IMG/VR virus record: IMGVR_UViG_3300034993_000055
Coordinates: 1-24,280 of that record
Reading direction: 5' to 3' (one strand)
Length of the DNA stretch: 24,280 bases
From: a virus
Taxonomy: Duplodnaviria > Caudoviricetes
A program made the position numbers and the translations under genes. This document shows, one piece after another, positions 1 to 7,402 of this stretch. Position 1 is the stretch's first letter, and each line of letters starts with the position of its first letter. The notes under the pieces are model-generated. The model was given only the letters and a program-made list of their open reading frames with translations, did no database searches and was not told the DNA's origin.

Positions 1-62
1 CTTTGCGCTTTGGAGGTATCAGCGGTCACGACTACGCGTAAGGCAGCGGCGTCAATTGCCAT
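1..62 (-). CDS. Tape measure protein, N-terminus (partial, runs off window)
   Basis: ATG at 62 preceded by GGAG. Reads MAIDAAALRVVVTADTSKAQ, the typical L-x-V-x-V-x-A-D-T-S tape measure start. Directly follows the tail chaperone pair. Confidence 0.85.
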   Translation of the reverse strand, partial: MAIDAAALRVVVTADTSKAQ

Positions 63-85
63 TTAGGAAAGCTCCAATATACAAT
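56..85 (+). promoter_or_regulatory. Putative sigma70-type promoter, antisense to the late operon
   Basis: TTGCCA (56-61), 18-nt spacer, TACAAT (80-85). A 6-nt gap places +1 at G92. Confidence 0.6.
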
Positions 86-91
86 CTGTTC

Positions 92-187
92 GGCTCCGGC
101 ACTCACGGGTGGAAACCTGTAGCGGTTCGACTCCGCTGGCATGTTGGCACACAGCAGGTGAACAATTTCCTGTGCTCCGCTGGAGCC
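92..187 (+). ncRNA. Candidate structured small RNA with tRNA-like T-arm
   Basis: 9-bp closing stem GGCTCCGGC (92-100)/GCTGGAGCC (179-187). Hairpin ACGGGT-GGAA-ACCTGT (105-120, GNRA loop). T-arm AGCGG-TTCGACT-CCGCT (121-137). Third hairpin GCAGG..CCTGT (154-173). G-U pairs, GNRA loop and T-loop only work on the + strand. Fills most of the intergenic gap. Confidence 0.6.
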
Positions 188-429
188 TAGCCCCGCTTTC
201 TCTTGGCCGCTTTGCTGGCGCGCTCCTGCCGCTTGCGTGTGACTTCATTTTCAATCGCTTCAAATTTGAGCGCATGATTCATCCAGTACACCGACTGTTG
301 CTCAAGCTCCCACGGTGGCACGCCCACGTATTTGGCAGCCCGAAAGAGCGCGTACTCATGCGGCACATACCCTGCTTTGCCATCCTGCGTCAGGTACAGG
401 GTCAGCGCCTGAACGTCTTCACTTTTGGG
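187..429 (-). CDS. Tail assembly chaperone frameshift extension (gpT part of a lambda gpGT-like fusion)
   Basis: The -1 frame is open from the slippery site: PKSEDVQALTLYLTQDG...AAKYVGVPPWELEQQSVYWMNHAL...KRKRG*. It lies between the chaperone and tape measure genes and has no convincing start of its own. Confidence 0.8.
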   Translation of the reverse strand, partial: PKSEDVQALTLYLTQDGKAGYVPHEYALFRAAKYVGVPPWELEQQSVYWMNHALKFEAIENEVTRKRQERASKAAKRKRG

Positions 430-782
430 GCTAAGTCCTCGCCGATGGCAGTCACAATGTGGCCCAAGAGCGCATTGGGGAAGGTCATCAAATTCTCTTT
501 GGTGGGCGGCAAGGGTTCGCCATCCTCCACGATGTCCCACGATACGAGCAACTCGGCTAGACGTTCCGCCAACTGTTCGGCGTTGCCCGCCAACGTGTCC
601 CCTATGGACACGTCGCCGTCCCCATTCCTGTGGTCTTCGGCCTCTTGCCTGAGTCTGGCTAATTCCGCTTCTTTGGCGGGCGTCATGCCATCCGGCTTAT
701 AGGTGACGGTAATGGCCTCGCCAAAGTAATCGACGCGGATGGAGCGCAGGACTGCCGCTATCTTGCTTCTTTCTACTGGCAT
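402..782 (-). CDS. Tail assembly chaperone (gpG-like)
   Basis: 126-aa acidic protein directly after the tail tube gene, with LLVSWDIVEDGEPLPPT motif; ends at a slippery sequence. Confidence 0.85.
   Translation of the reverse strand: MPVERSKIAAVLRSIRVDYFGEAITVTYKPDGMTPAKEAELARLRQEAEDHRNGDGDVSIGDTLAGNAEQLAERLAELLVSWDIVEDGEPLPPTKENLMTFPNALLGHIVTAIGEDLAPKVKTFRR
423..429 (-). other. Programmed -1 ribosomal frameshift heptamer C CCA AAA
   Basis: Minus strand GCC CCA AAA GTG gives an X XXY YYZ heptamer in the correct phase near the chaperone 3' end, with an open -1 frame downstream. Confidence 0.8.
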
Positions 783-794
783 AAAATCCCCTTG

Positions 795-1766
795 TTATAA
801 CGCGGCGATTTGGTTGATGACGACGGCCTTCGTTGCGCCGCCGAGCGTGGCATCATGGAATCCCTGAAGGGTATATTCAATCGCATAGACGCCCTCTTGG
901 TCGGAGAAATCACCGATGTCCGTCACCTTGCAGGCGGTGTCCAACGTGAACTTGTACGTGCCGGGGCCAGCGCCAATCACCGGCCCCACGGCCTCAATGC
1001 GAATGTACTTGGTAGCGCCCGTTCGCATGATGGGCAAGAGTTCCATGCCCTCAGCGTCCGCCTCTTGCATCAAGGTCATCTCTAAGGTCGGCTCCAGTTC
1101 GACGTGCTGGTCATAGACGTTGGAACCGTTGAGGAACCAGGCAGGCCCGAATCTATTCGTGAGTGACCACTCAACCGAGATAGCGCCCGCCAACTTGGTC
1201 GCACCCGTGAAGGCTGCTACCGTATCCTCGGCATAGACGGAGATTTGCGGGCCGGTGATGGGCACGAGCGCCAGCTCGGTCGGCGTGGAGGTCAAGGTGA
1301 TGCCGTCGGTCATAGACGTCGCAATGGCCGTGCCGCCGATGGTCGATTCGTCGCGGGCAAAGCTAAGCGTCAGGTCGCTAATCAGCGCATAGGAAACCTT
1401 GTGCGCCCGCTCTGCGCTGCCCTGTTCGATGGTGAAGGTGGTGATGGTATCTTTGGCCGTGGTCGAGGGCGTGAATGTCCACGTCTTTTCGGTTGTGCCC
1501 GCCACCGCTCCCGTCTCTAAGATGCCCGAAAGCAGATAGATGATCTCGGTGTAGGTCAGCGCGCCTTCGATGTCGATCTCCGTCCACTCCCGATTGAGTG
1601 AAGCGACGGAAGGATACTTGTTTCCAGCGGCACGGAAGACGCTGATGTCAGGGTTGGGGCTGAAAGAAAAGCCCACCGAACTGAGTTTCTTATTGGCCGC
1701 CACAGAGGTTCCTGGAACTGTTTCAATTCCGATTTGGGCGGTCTGGCTAATGGTACTGAGGCCCAT
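795..1766 (-). CDS. Major tail (tube) protein
   Basis: 323 aa, Thr/Ser/Gly-rich beta protein starting QIGIETVPGT, with TFTIEQG motif. Lies between the tail terminator and chaperone; AAGGA RBS. Confidence 0.85.
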   Translation of the reverse strand: MGLSTISQTAQIGIETVPGTSVAANKKLSSVGFSFSPNPDISVFRAAGNKYPSVASLNREWTEIDIEGALTYTEIIYLLSGILETGAVAGTTEKTWTFTPSTTAKDTITTFTIEQGSAERAHKVSYALISDLTLSFARDESTIGGTAIATSMTDGITLTSTPTELALVPITGPQISVYAEDTVAAFTGATKLAGAISVEWSLTNRFGPAWFLNGSNVYDQHVELEPTLEMTLMQEADAEGMELLPIMRTGATKYIRIEAVGPVIGAGPGTYKFTLDTACKVTDIGDFSDQEGVYAIEYTLQGFHDATLGGATKAVVINQIAAL

Positions 1767-1768
1767 AG

Positions 1769-2218
1769 TTATATTCCTTTACTCGCCCGCAGGCGATAGA
1801 TTCTTCCGAAGTGGCGGAAGTTCCTCCCGTCACGTACTTCCGGCAATCGAAAGGGCTGTTCACCCACGCACGTCCAGATCACCCCGTAGGCATTCGTGTC
1901 GCCGTTGGGCGTGGCGTGCAAGTCCTCGTCAATGCGCTCGGCAATGGTGAGGATGGTTCCGCCGTAGGAGCTGGTTTCATGCACGCCGCGCACCAGATAG
2001 AGCATGTCACTCCACACGCGCCGCGGCCCCACCCACATCAGGTCTACCGCAGATTGCATCTGGTAGATGACACAGGGGAATACTGTCCCTGTCCCGCTCT
2101 GCGGCGCTTGCTCGTTGTAGATGCGCGGTGACGTAGAGCCGCCGATCAGGGCAGTAAGCGCTGAATCGGCTTTGAGCGTGCTGTAGATCCACTGGTCAGC
2201 GGCGACGGGTTCATTCAT
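1769..2218 (-). CDS. Tail terminator/completion protein (SPP1 gp17/DUF3168-like)
   Basis: WIYSTLKADSALTALIG..RIYNEQAP..FPCVIYQ pattern; GGAGG RBS; canonical position. Confidence 0.8.
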   Translation of the reverse strand: MNEPVAADQWIYSTLKADSALTALIGGSTSPRIYNEQAPQSGTGTVFPCVIYQMQSAVDLMWVGPRRVWSDMLYLVRGVHETSSYGGTILTIAERIDEDLHATPNGDTNAYGVIWTCVGEQPFRLPEVRDGRNFRHFGRIYRLRASKGI

Positions 2219-2245
2219 TCATGCCTCCGCAAACTTGCTACGGCG

Positions 2246-2581
2246 TTATTCAAGGCGAGACTCCAAGTCGGTCATCTTCTTCATAAAGTGGCGGCGCTCG
2301 GCTTCGGCCGCAGGCGTCATGTAGGGCGTTGCTGCCATGCGGCTTGTGCCATATTCCTGATAGGGTGCATACTCGATATTGGTCGCCACTTGCCCGCTCG
2401 TCTCGCCCGTCATCTCGCTCTGGATGGAAGCACGCAAAGCCCCTGTGTCTACAGGAACCTTTATCTTGGCCTGCGTTTCGATGCCGAGGATGGTTTCCTG
2501 CACGATTTCGCCCACCGCCTTCGGCAAGCGCGCCGCCAACTCTGGGAACTTGTCGTACTCTATGACAATCGTTCGCGGCAT
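2246..2581 (-). CDS. HK97 gp10-family tail/neck component
   Basis: Hallmark motifs VPVDTGALRASI, YAPYQEYGTSRMAATPYMTPA. Confidence 0.92.
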   Translation of the reverse strand: MPRTIVIEYDKFPELAARLPKAVGEIVQETILGIETQAKIKVPVDTGALRASIQSEMTGETSGQVATNIEYAPYQEYGTSRMAATPYMTPAAEAERRHFMKKMTDLESRLE

Positions 2582-2986
2582 TTATCGCTCCGCACAAAGA
2601 CATTGGCGCGCCGTTTCGTTTGTCCACTTGGCATAAATCGCCAACACTTCAAACCAGCGCCCCACGCCCTCGACAGGCGTCTGCTCCGGCGGCGTCCCCT
2701 CTAGCTCACCGCCCACATTGAGACGGTCTGATACATCAATCACCGTGCCCTGTGGGAGTGTGATTTCCCAGGGCAATTGCCCCTGCAGCTGACCCCCTAC
2801 CAGCGCCTCCGCTGCCTGCACACGCATCGGAGCCACACGGCAAGGAATCCCGCCCGTATAGGTGAGCACGGTAATCGTGCCGCCCATGCCGTCCGACTCC
2901 TCGCTGCGATGTTGCAAGATGGCGCGGTCAGTCAGCGTCAACGCCTGCGTTTGGCGCGTATAGGCCAGGTCAGCCGCCGAGAGCAT
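2582..2986 (-). CDS. Head closure / head-tail joining protein (SPP1 gp16-like)
   Basis: ESDGMGG turn, IPCRV and WEITLPQGTVIDVSDRL motifs; located between adaptor and gp10-like gene. Confidence 0.75.
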   Translation of the reverse strand: MLSAADLAYTRQTQALTLTDRAILQHRSEESDGMGGTITVLTYTGGIPCRVAPMRVQAAEALVGGQLQGQLPWEITLPQGTVIDVSDRLNVGGELEGTPPEQTPVEGVGRWFEVLAIYAKWTNETARQCLCAER

Positions 2987-3348
2987 TAGCCGTTCCGCTT
3001 GGGTACGGCGGGAGCGTCAGGCTTGTCCTTCGGCTCATTGAGTGGCTTGGGGATGCTCGTCACATCTTCCTCGCCGGATGGCTGCTTGGTGACGACGGTG
3101 GCGCTGGCAATGTCGGCCTCGGTATGCACTTTGGCGTCAGGATTGAGCGGCTTGGGCATGGCGTCACCGGCGGCTCTGGCCGCCGCTTTCTTGTCCTTGA
3201 CCTCGCCTGTCTCAGCGTCAATCTCGACATAGCCCTGCTCTAGCAATGCTTTCTCAACATCGGAACCGACAACCGCTGTTTCGATGCGGCCGGTCGAAGG
3301 GTGCTTGTAGGTCTTGGTCTCTGGTGCTTTTGGCTCACGTTCTGCCAT
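2986..3348 (-). CDS. Hypothetical protein, Lys/Pro/Ala-rich (possible virion accessory)
   Basis: Start moved to ATG 3348 behind AAGGAG. Low-complexity C-terminus with duplicated PKPLN. Confidence 0.65.
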   Translation of the reverse strand: MAEREPKAPETKTYKHPSTGRIETAVVGSDVEKALLEQGYVEIDAETGEVKDKKAAARAAGDAMPKPLNPDAKVHTEADIASATVVTKQPSGEEDVTSIPKPLNEPKDKPDAPAVPKRNG

Positions 3349-3361
3349 TGGGGAGTCTCCT

Positions 3362-3799
3362 TTACTCATATGGATCGTTCACATTGCCAATCCACGATTG
3401 ACTCGTGGAGGTAGAGCGGACTGTCTCGGCTATCCACACGCCCGCTACCCGTCGCCCCTTCCAGAGCCGCGCTTGGGCGACGTAATGTTCGTATTGCTGT
3501 TGCTTTTGGAAGGATGCGCCATCGGCATCAAAGGCAAAGTTGGAAGCGATGGCGGCGCTCTTTTCTTCCCAAATCTCGGCGGCGGCTAACGCCATGTCAT
3601 AGGTAGCTGTCCATCCACTAGCCGAGGGCGCGTAGCCATCGCCTGCGGGCGGGCTAACGCCATCGGCATCATCCACGGGATAACGCCGTATGGTGTCTTG
3701 CAGCATGGCATCCGTGTACTCTGCCGACCCTGTGATCGCCGTCATACGCCGCAAGCGCAGGATGTCAAAGGATGAGCCGCTGCCCGTGTAGCCGGACAT
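3362..3799 (-). CDS. Head-tail adaptor (connector) protein
   Basis: Immediately after the capsid gene; LRRM...YTDAML...YDMALAAAEIWEEKSA..FAFDADGASF pattern typical of adaptors. Confidence 0.75.
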   Translation of the reverse strand: MSGYTGSGSSFDILRLRRMTAITGSAEYTDAMLQDTIRRYPVDDADGVSPPAGDGYAPSASGWTATYDMALAAAEIWEEKSAAIASNFAFDADGASFQKQQQYEHYVAQARLWKGRRVAGVWIAETVRSTSTSQSWIGNVNDPYE

Positions 3800-3801
3800 G
3801 A

Positions 3802-4788
3802 CTAGGGAACCAGTGCCGAGAACGCTAAGCGCGTGCCTGCCGTCTGGTTGACGCGGTTGATTGGGTTCGGCAGAGCAAAGCCCAGGCGAATGACCGCACG
3901 CAGAGCCACCATGTCCTGTTGGGGCAGGTTGTAGATGACCAGCCCACCGGCATCAGTGATGACCGCCTGGTCAAGAATCTTGAAGGTGATGTCCTGGCGC
4001 ATGGCCCAGACCAGCTGATCCCACTGTCCAGAGAACAGGGAAGCTACGGCGGGGTCAATGCTGCCATCGGTAGGAAAGTAAATCGGCGCGCCGTCTAGGG
4101 CATAACGCGTGGTTTCCTGCATGGTCGTCACAAAGATAGGCGAGCCACCGGCCACCAGTGCCGTGCCATTCCAAATCTGTTCGCGGAAGCCGCGCAGTTG
4201 CCCGCGCAAACTCAGGGAGGCGATATGCCCATCCACCATAAAACCATCTTCTTCGACCTTCGCAATGACGCCGGTCGCCCCCATGATTTCATCGTAGAGG
4301 TCGCCCGTATGCGTGCTCTGGTCAACGGCATGGCCCGCCGCTGTAATCACGGCCAGCAAACCAGCGCCGCCCAAATTAGTCGTCCAGGAGGCGGGGATGC
4401 CTGTGCCAAAGAGCACAGCGCGGTTGATGGCAAAGTTGATGGCATTGACAATCTCAGGCCGTACTTCCGCCCAGATGTCATACCCGGCGTCGTCAAGCAC
4501 GGCCTCAGGAATGGGGACAATCACCGCCAGTTCTTCAGCGTCAATGTACTTATTGGCCCAGGCGATTTCGGTGGTCTGTTTGAGGCCCGTATCGGCGGCA
4601 ACAAAGTAGGCGGTGGCTAGTGCCGAGATGACCGGCATCCGTGTACGGGAGGTCGGCATGTCCGGCAAACGCCGCGCCAGTTGCAGGAGCGGATTGGTAG
4701 CCGCTACCCCTTTCATAATGTCCCGCGCTACGTTGTCAGGGATGACAGAAGCGGAATCTGTACGATCCATGATCGAGTTATATGGCAT
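3802..4788 (-). CDS. Major capsid protein (HK97 fold)
   Basis: 328 aa with VIP..., AEELAVIVPIPEAVLDD, AVLFGTG and NLPQQDMVALRAVIRLGFA motifs; AGGAG RBS. Confidence 0.95.
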   Translation of the reverse strand: MPYNSIMDRTDSASVIPDNVARDIMKGVAATNPLLQLARRLPDMPTSRTRMPVISALATAYFVAADTGLKQTTEIAWANKYIDAEELAVIVPIPEAVLDDAGYDIWAEVRPEIVNAINFAINRAVLFGTGIPASWTTNLGGAGLLAVITAAGHAVDQSTHTGDLYDEIMGATGVIAKVEEDGFMVDGHIASLSLRGQLRGFREQIWNGTALVAGGSPIFVTTMQETTRYALDGAPIYFPTDGSIDPAVASLFSGQWDQLVWAMRQDITFKILDQAVITDAGGLVIYNLPQQDMVALRAVIRLGFALPNPINRVNQTAGTRLAFSALVP

Positions 4789-4811
4789 TAGGTATTCTCC
4801 TGTTAAGCGCG

Positions 4812-5345
4812 CTACCGCCTTCCGGTGGCAGAGCGTATGTAGTCATTCATCGAAGGTGTTGCAGGCGGCGAACCATTGCCCACGCCCGCGTTGCCCGGTG
4901 GCGTCTTGCGCCCAAAGAGTTCGGGCATGGCCGCCTTGATAGCGGGCCAATCCGGGTCGCCGCGCTTGGTAAAGAGCCCCTCGGCTTGTGCCACTAAAAA
5001 GGCGGCGCGTGGGTTGGAGCAACCAATCTCAGGTCGCCCCGCTTCCTCATAGAAGGAAGCGCGCTGCTCGGCCTGCTCTAGACGTGAGGACATCTCGCCC
5101 AGCGTCTTTTCGGCTTCGCTGCCCTTTTCGGCCTTTGCCGTTAGGTCACGCAGTTGCTTGCTAAATTCCTTGCGCTGGCTGCGCTCTGACTCCAGAGCGT
5201 TTTTGAGCGCGGTGGTATGTGCGTCTAGGCCCTCTTGTTCATGCGGTGGCAGCTTGCTAAACCACGATTCAAACTCGAAGGTAGGTTGTGCTTCTGTGGG
5301 TTGTGTTGCTTGCGCCGCATCTTGCGGAGTTGTGTCGTCCGCCAT
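4812..5345 (-). CDS. Capsid scaffolding protein
   Basis: Coiled coil (ALKNALESERSQRKEFSKQLRDL), PELF motif, Gly/Pro linker and C-terminal SMNDYIR helix; directly upstream of the capsid gene. Confidence 0.85.
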   Translation of the reverse strand: MADDTTPQDAAQATQPTEAQPTFEFESWFSKLPPHEQEGLDAHTTALKNALESERSQRKEFSKQLRDLTAKAEKGSEAEKTLGEMSSRLEQAEQRASFYEEAGRPEIGCSNPRAAFLVAQAEGLFTKRGDPDWPAIKAAMPELFGRKTPPGNAGVGNGSPPATPSMNDYIRSATGRR

Positions 5346-5360
5346 CTCGGTAGACTCCTA

Positions 5361-5411
5361 AATGAAAAGATGCCCAACTAACCTCGCGGATAGATGGGCA
5401 TCGTGTGCGCT
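5361..5411 (-). terminator. Terminator/attenuator-like hairpin 2 in the scaffold leader
   Basis: Minus strand AGCGCACAC-GATGCCCA..CC-GCGA-GG..TGGGCATC-TTTTCATTT; stem arms at 5369-5376 and 5395-5402; GNRA loop; ends just before the scaffold RBS. Confidence 0.6.
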
Positions 5412-5432
5412 GAAACTATTGAGTTATGGCAT

Positions 5433-5479
5433 AAAAAAAACGCCGTCCGGCCATTGCTGGCTCGTCGGCGTCTAGCGCT
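5433..5479 (-). terminator. Intrinsic terminator/attenuator hairpin 1 in the scaffold leader
   Basis: Minus strand AGCGCTA-GACGCCG..GCCA-GCAA-TGGC..CGGCG followed by 8 T (A-run 5433-5440 on +); GNRA loop. Confidence 0.75.
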
Positions 5480-5508
5480 CTACAATATATAGTTGGTGTT
5501 GCGCCTCT

Positions 5509-5537
5509 ATCCTACTCTATATCGGTTGCGATTTCAA
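5509..5537 (-). promoter_or_regulatory. Putative sigma70-type promoter for the scaffold/capsid operon
   Basis: TTGAAA (5537-5532), 17 nt, TAGGAT (5514-5509); overlaps the 3' end of the upstream small gene. Confidence 0.5.
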
Positions 5538-5706
5538 GACTTGGCAGCATGAGCACATACTCCCGCAAATCAAAGATCACCGTTTCATGGTTGCGGCGTA
5601 CCTCCAACAAGAGCAGCCGCCCGTCAATGCGCGCGCAGAGCTTGCCACGTGAATCACGAAGCTCTTGCCAGACAACGGTGGTCTGGATGGTGGCGTGGTC
5701 GGTCAT
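5512..5706 (-). CDS. Small protein resembling Mu Com-family zinc ribbons but lacking the Cys pairs (putative RNA-binding regulator)
   Basis: 64 aa. ELRDSRGKLCAR...LLEVRRNHETVIFDL parallels the Com pattern (I/L)RCxxCxKLL...IEI(R/K)CPRC. ATGA-coupled with GGAGG RBS. The ORF is well supported; the function is inferred. Confidence 0.55.
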   Translation of the reverse strand: MTDHATIQTTVVWQELRDSRGKLCARIDGRLLLLEVRRNHETVIFDLREYVLMLPSLEIATDIE

Positions 5707-5918
5707 GCGGCCTCTTCCTTGCCGCAGGCAAATAGAAGTGCGAAAAGCAACTCATCTTGTTCCTCTTGCGACAGGTACTCTTCCAAAGGCGTACCAGTGC
5801 CAAGATGGTCTCGAATCTTTTCAGCCACAGAACGTTGCACGACCACAATCGCCGCCTCAACCGGCCCATAGTTCCGATGATCTCCGACCCAAATCGAGAT
5901 GTCTGGACGCATCTTCAT
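5703..5918 (-). CDS. Hypothetical protein
   Basis: 71 aa, ATGA overlaps at both ends. Confidence 0.65.
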   Translation of the reverse strand: MKMRPDISIWVGDHRNYGPVEAAIVVVQRSVAEKIRDHLGTGTPLEEYLSQEEQDELLFALLFACGKEEAA

Positions 5919-6895
5919 CTCATCTCACTTAATGGCACAGTTCGTAAGGTATCGCCCCAAACGGGATTGGGCACTATCTGCGTCGAATCATGCAAGCCTA
6001 TCTGACCCGTCCTCCACAATTCATAACGGCCCCTGCCCATAATGCTCTCCTGCGTTGCGCTTGGTTGCGCCATAAACCAATCCTCGCCTTTGAGCCACTC
6101 AGGTTTGGGCGCGCCCCGTACAATCGGGATGAGGGCGCATCTACAATTTGGATGGCTTGGCATCAACTCATTAGTTGGGTAGACCGTTCCTTCCAGGACG
6201 ATGCAATGGAGACAGGTACGCGTATCATGGGCGGCAATTCGGGTATAGCTGGTGACGATGCCGCTGGCGATGTATTGTTGGCGGCTCGATTCGTTGTACA
6301 CCCTGAGGATTTCTGTGCGACTTATGGTGAGCATCCGATTCAAGCTGCCCGTCATCCCCTCGGCCATCATCTTAGCCGTCTTACGCGGCCCCCATCCCAA
6401 CGCCACGCCGTCCACAAGCGCCTGCGTGAGCCCTTGCGCCGATAACGGCCATGATTGTACTAGCAAGCTATTGAGCGGCGTCCCTGCCCCCGTCAGACCA
6501 ACCATGTGCTCCACGGCTGATACGGGTAGACGGTTAAATGACGTACTGACCTGGGCGGCGATGGCTTGTTGGCTTTGGCGCACGCCCGCCGATGCCATTG
6601 CCTGTTGGCCGTCGCTGATGGTGCGCTCGGCATAGACGGTATATTTGGCTTGCTCCTGCTGGAGTTGCGCCAAGAGTTCCCGGTAGCGCACGTCATTGAG
6701 CAGCATATTGAGCGTGACTGTGCCGCCCTCACGTCGTACCGCATCCATGCGGTAGGCCAATGCTTCCATCTGGCCCATCAGCCTGCGCTCTACGGCTAAC
6801 CAACGCCGTACCATCTCGGCTTGTTGGGCGGAACCGGCGCGGGCGATGTCTAGTTTGAAGGATCGCATAAGGCGCACGACTTCGGATTCAGGCAT
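5915..6895 (-). CDS. Head morphogenesis / minor capsid protein (SPP1 gp7 / Mu gpF family)
   Basis: RMLTISRTEILRVYN, DTRTCLHCIVLEG and PSHPNCRC motifs. Confidence 0.92.
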   Translation of the reverse strand: MPESEVVRLMRSFKLDIARAGSAQQAEMVRRWLAVERRLMGQMEALAYRMDAVRREGGTVTLNMLLNDVRYRELLAQLQQEQAKYTVYAERTISDGQQAMASAGVRQSQQAIAAQVSTSFNRLPVSAVEHMVGLTGAGTPLNSLLVQSWPLSAQGLTQALVDGVALGWGPRKTAKMMAEGMTGSLNRMLTISRTEILRVYNESSRQQYIASGIVTSYTRIAAHDTRTCLHCIVLEGTVYPTNELMPSHPNCRCALIPIVRGAPKPEWLKGEDWFMAQPSATQESIMGRGRYELWRTGQIGLHDSTQIVPNPVWGDTLRTVPLSEMR

Positions 6896-7160
6896 CGTTA
6901 AGCATTTGCGTCACTTTTCGCATCCTCTTGCTTGCTCCTTCAAGATAGCCGCTCATTTTCATGAGTGCTTCAAAGTCATCTGCGACCACATAATCTTTTT
7001 CTACAAAATTGCCAAGCATTTCAAGAAAATCACCAATCTGTTCCTCAGTTGACCAAACGAATAGTTCTGACTCATCGCCTTTAAGCAAAATGTCAGCCAC
7101 GACAATCAGCGTTCGTATCTTGTCCGGGTCATCCGTTTCGATGGTCAGGCTATAGCTCAT
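6888..7160 (-). CDS. Hypothetical acidic protein (visibly AT-richer insert)
   Basis: 90 aa, overlaps both neighbours; no recognisable motif. Confidence 0.6.
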   Translation of the reverse strand: MSYSLTIETDDPDKIRTLIVVADILLKGDESELFVWSTEEQIGDFLEMLGNFVEKDYVVADDFEALMKMSGYLEGASKRMRKVTQMLNDA

Positions 7161-7402
7161 TTCTTAGCGTCCACGGCTCTCGCCTTCTTAGCCGCCCCTG
7201 GCGCGTACTTAGCGGCACGGTTGATGATGTTCTTACGCGCTGCGCTGCTCTTGGCATGGCCGCGTAGACGGATGGCGCTGACGGCGCTCTTACGGTCAAA
7301 GACAGGAAACTTTTTGCCCTTGCCCACGCCATGCTTGCGCCGCGCCGCTGCCGAGACGCCGCCGCTTTTCGTGCGATTCCGCTTTGTTCCACGTTTTGCC
7401 AT
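7157..7402 (-). CDS. Small, very basic protein (possible nucleic-acid-binding or virion core protein)
   Basis: Start moved to ATG 7402 (TGATG overlap, GGAGG RBS). 81 aa, K/R/A/G-rich with only two Asp and no Glu; KKFPVFDRKSAVSAIRLRGHA core. Confidence 0.7.
   Translation of the reverse strand: MAKRGTKRNRTKSGGVSAAARRKHGVGKGKKFPVFDRKSAVSAIRLRGHAKSSAARKNIINRAAKYAPGAAKKARAVDAKK

Noticed and set aside
73-150. Canonical tRNA gene around the TTCGACT T-loop
   Set aside because: No proper 7-bp acceptor stem, D-arm or 7-nt anticodon loop in the normal order, and no CCA. Kept only as a tRNA-like ncRNA candidate.
160-169. GAACAATTTC shared between the candidate RNA and the terL 5' region (11036-11027), suggesting a guide for the terL lesion
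   Set aside because: Only 10 nt, same sense as the terL mRNA rather than complementary, and about 50 nt from the insertion; compatible with chance.
5417-5432. ATGCCATAACTC in the leader resembling the capsid start ATGCCATATAACTC
   Set aside because: Short, gapped match; TTTTATGCC also occurs at the chaperone start, so it is not distinctive.
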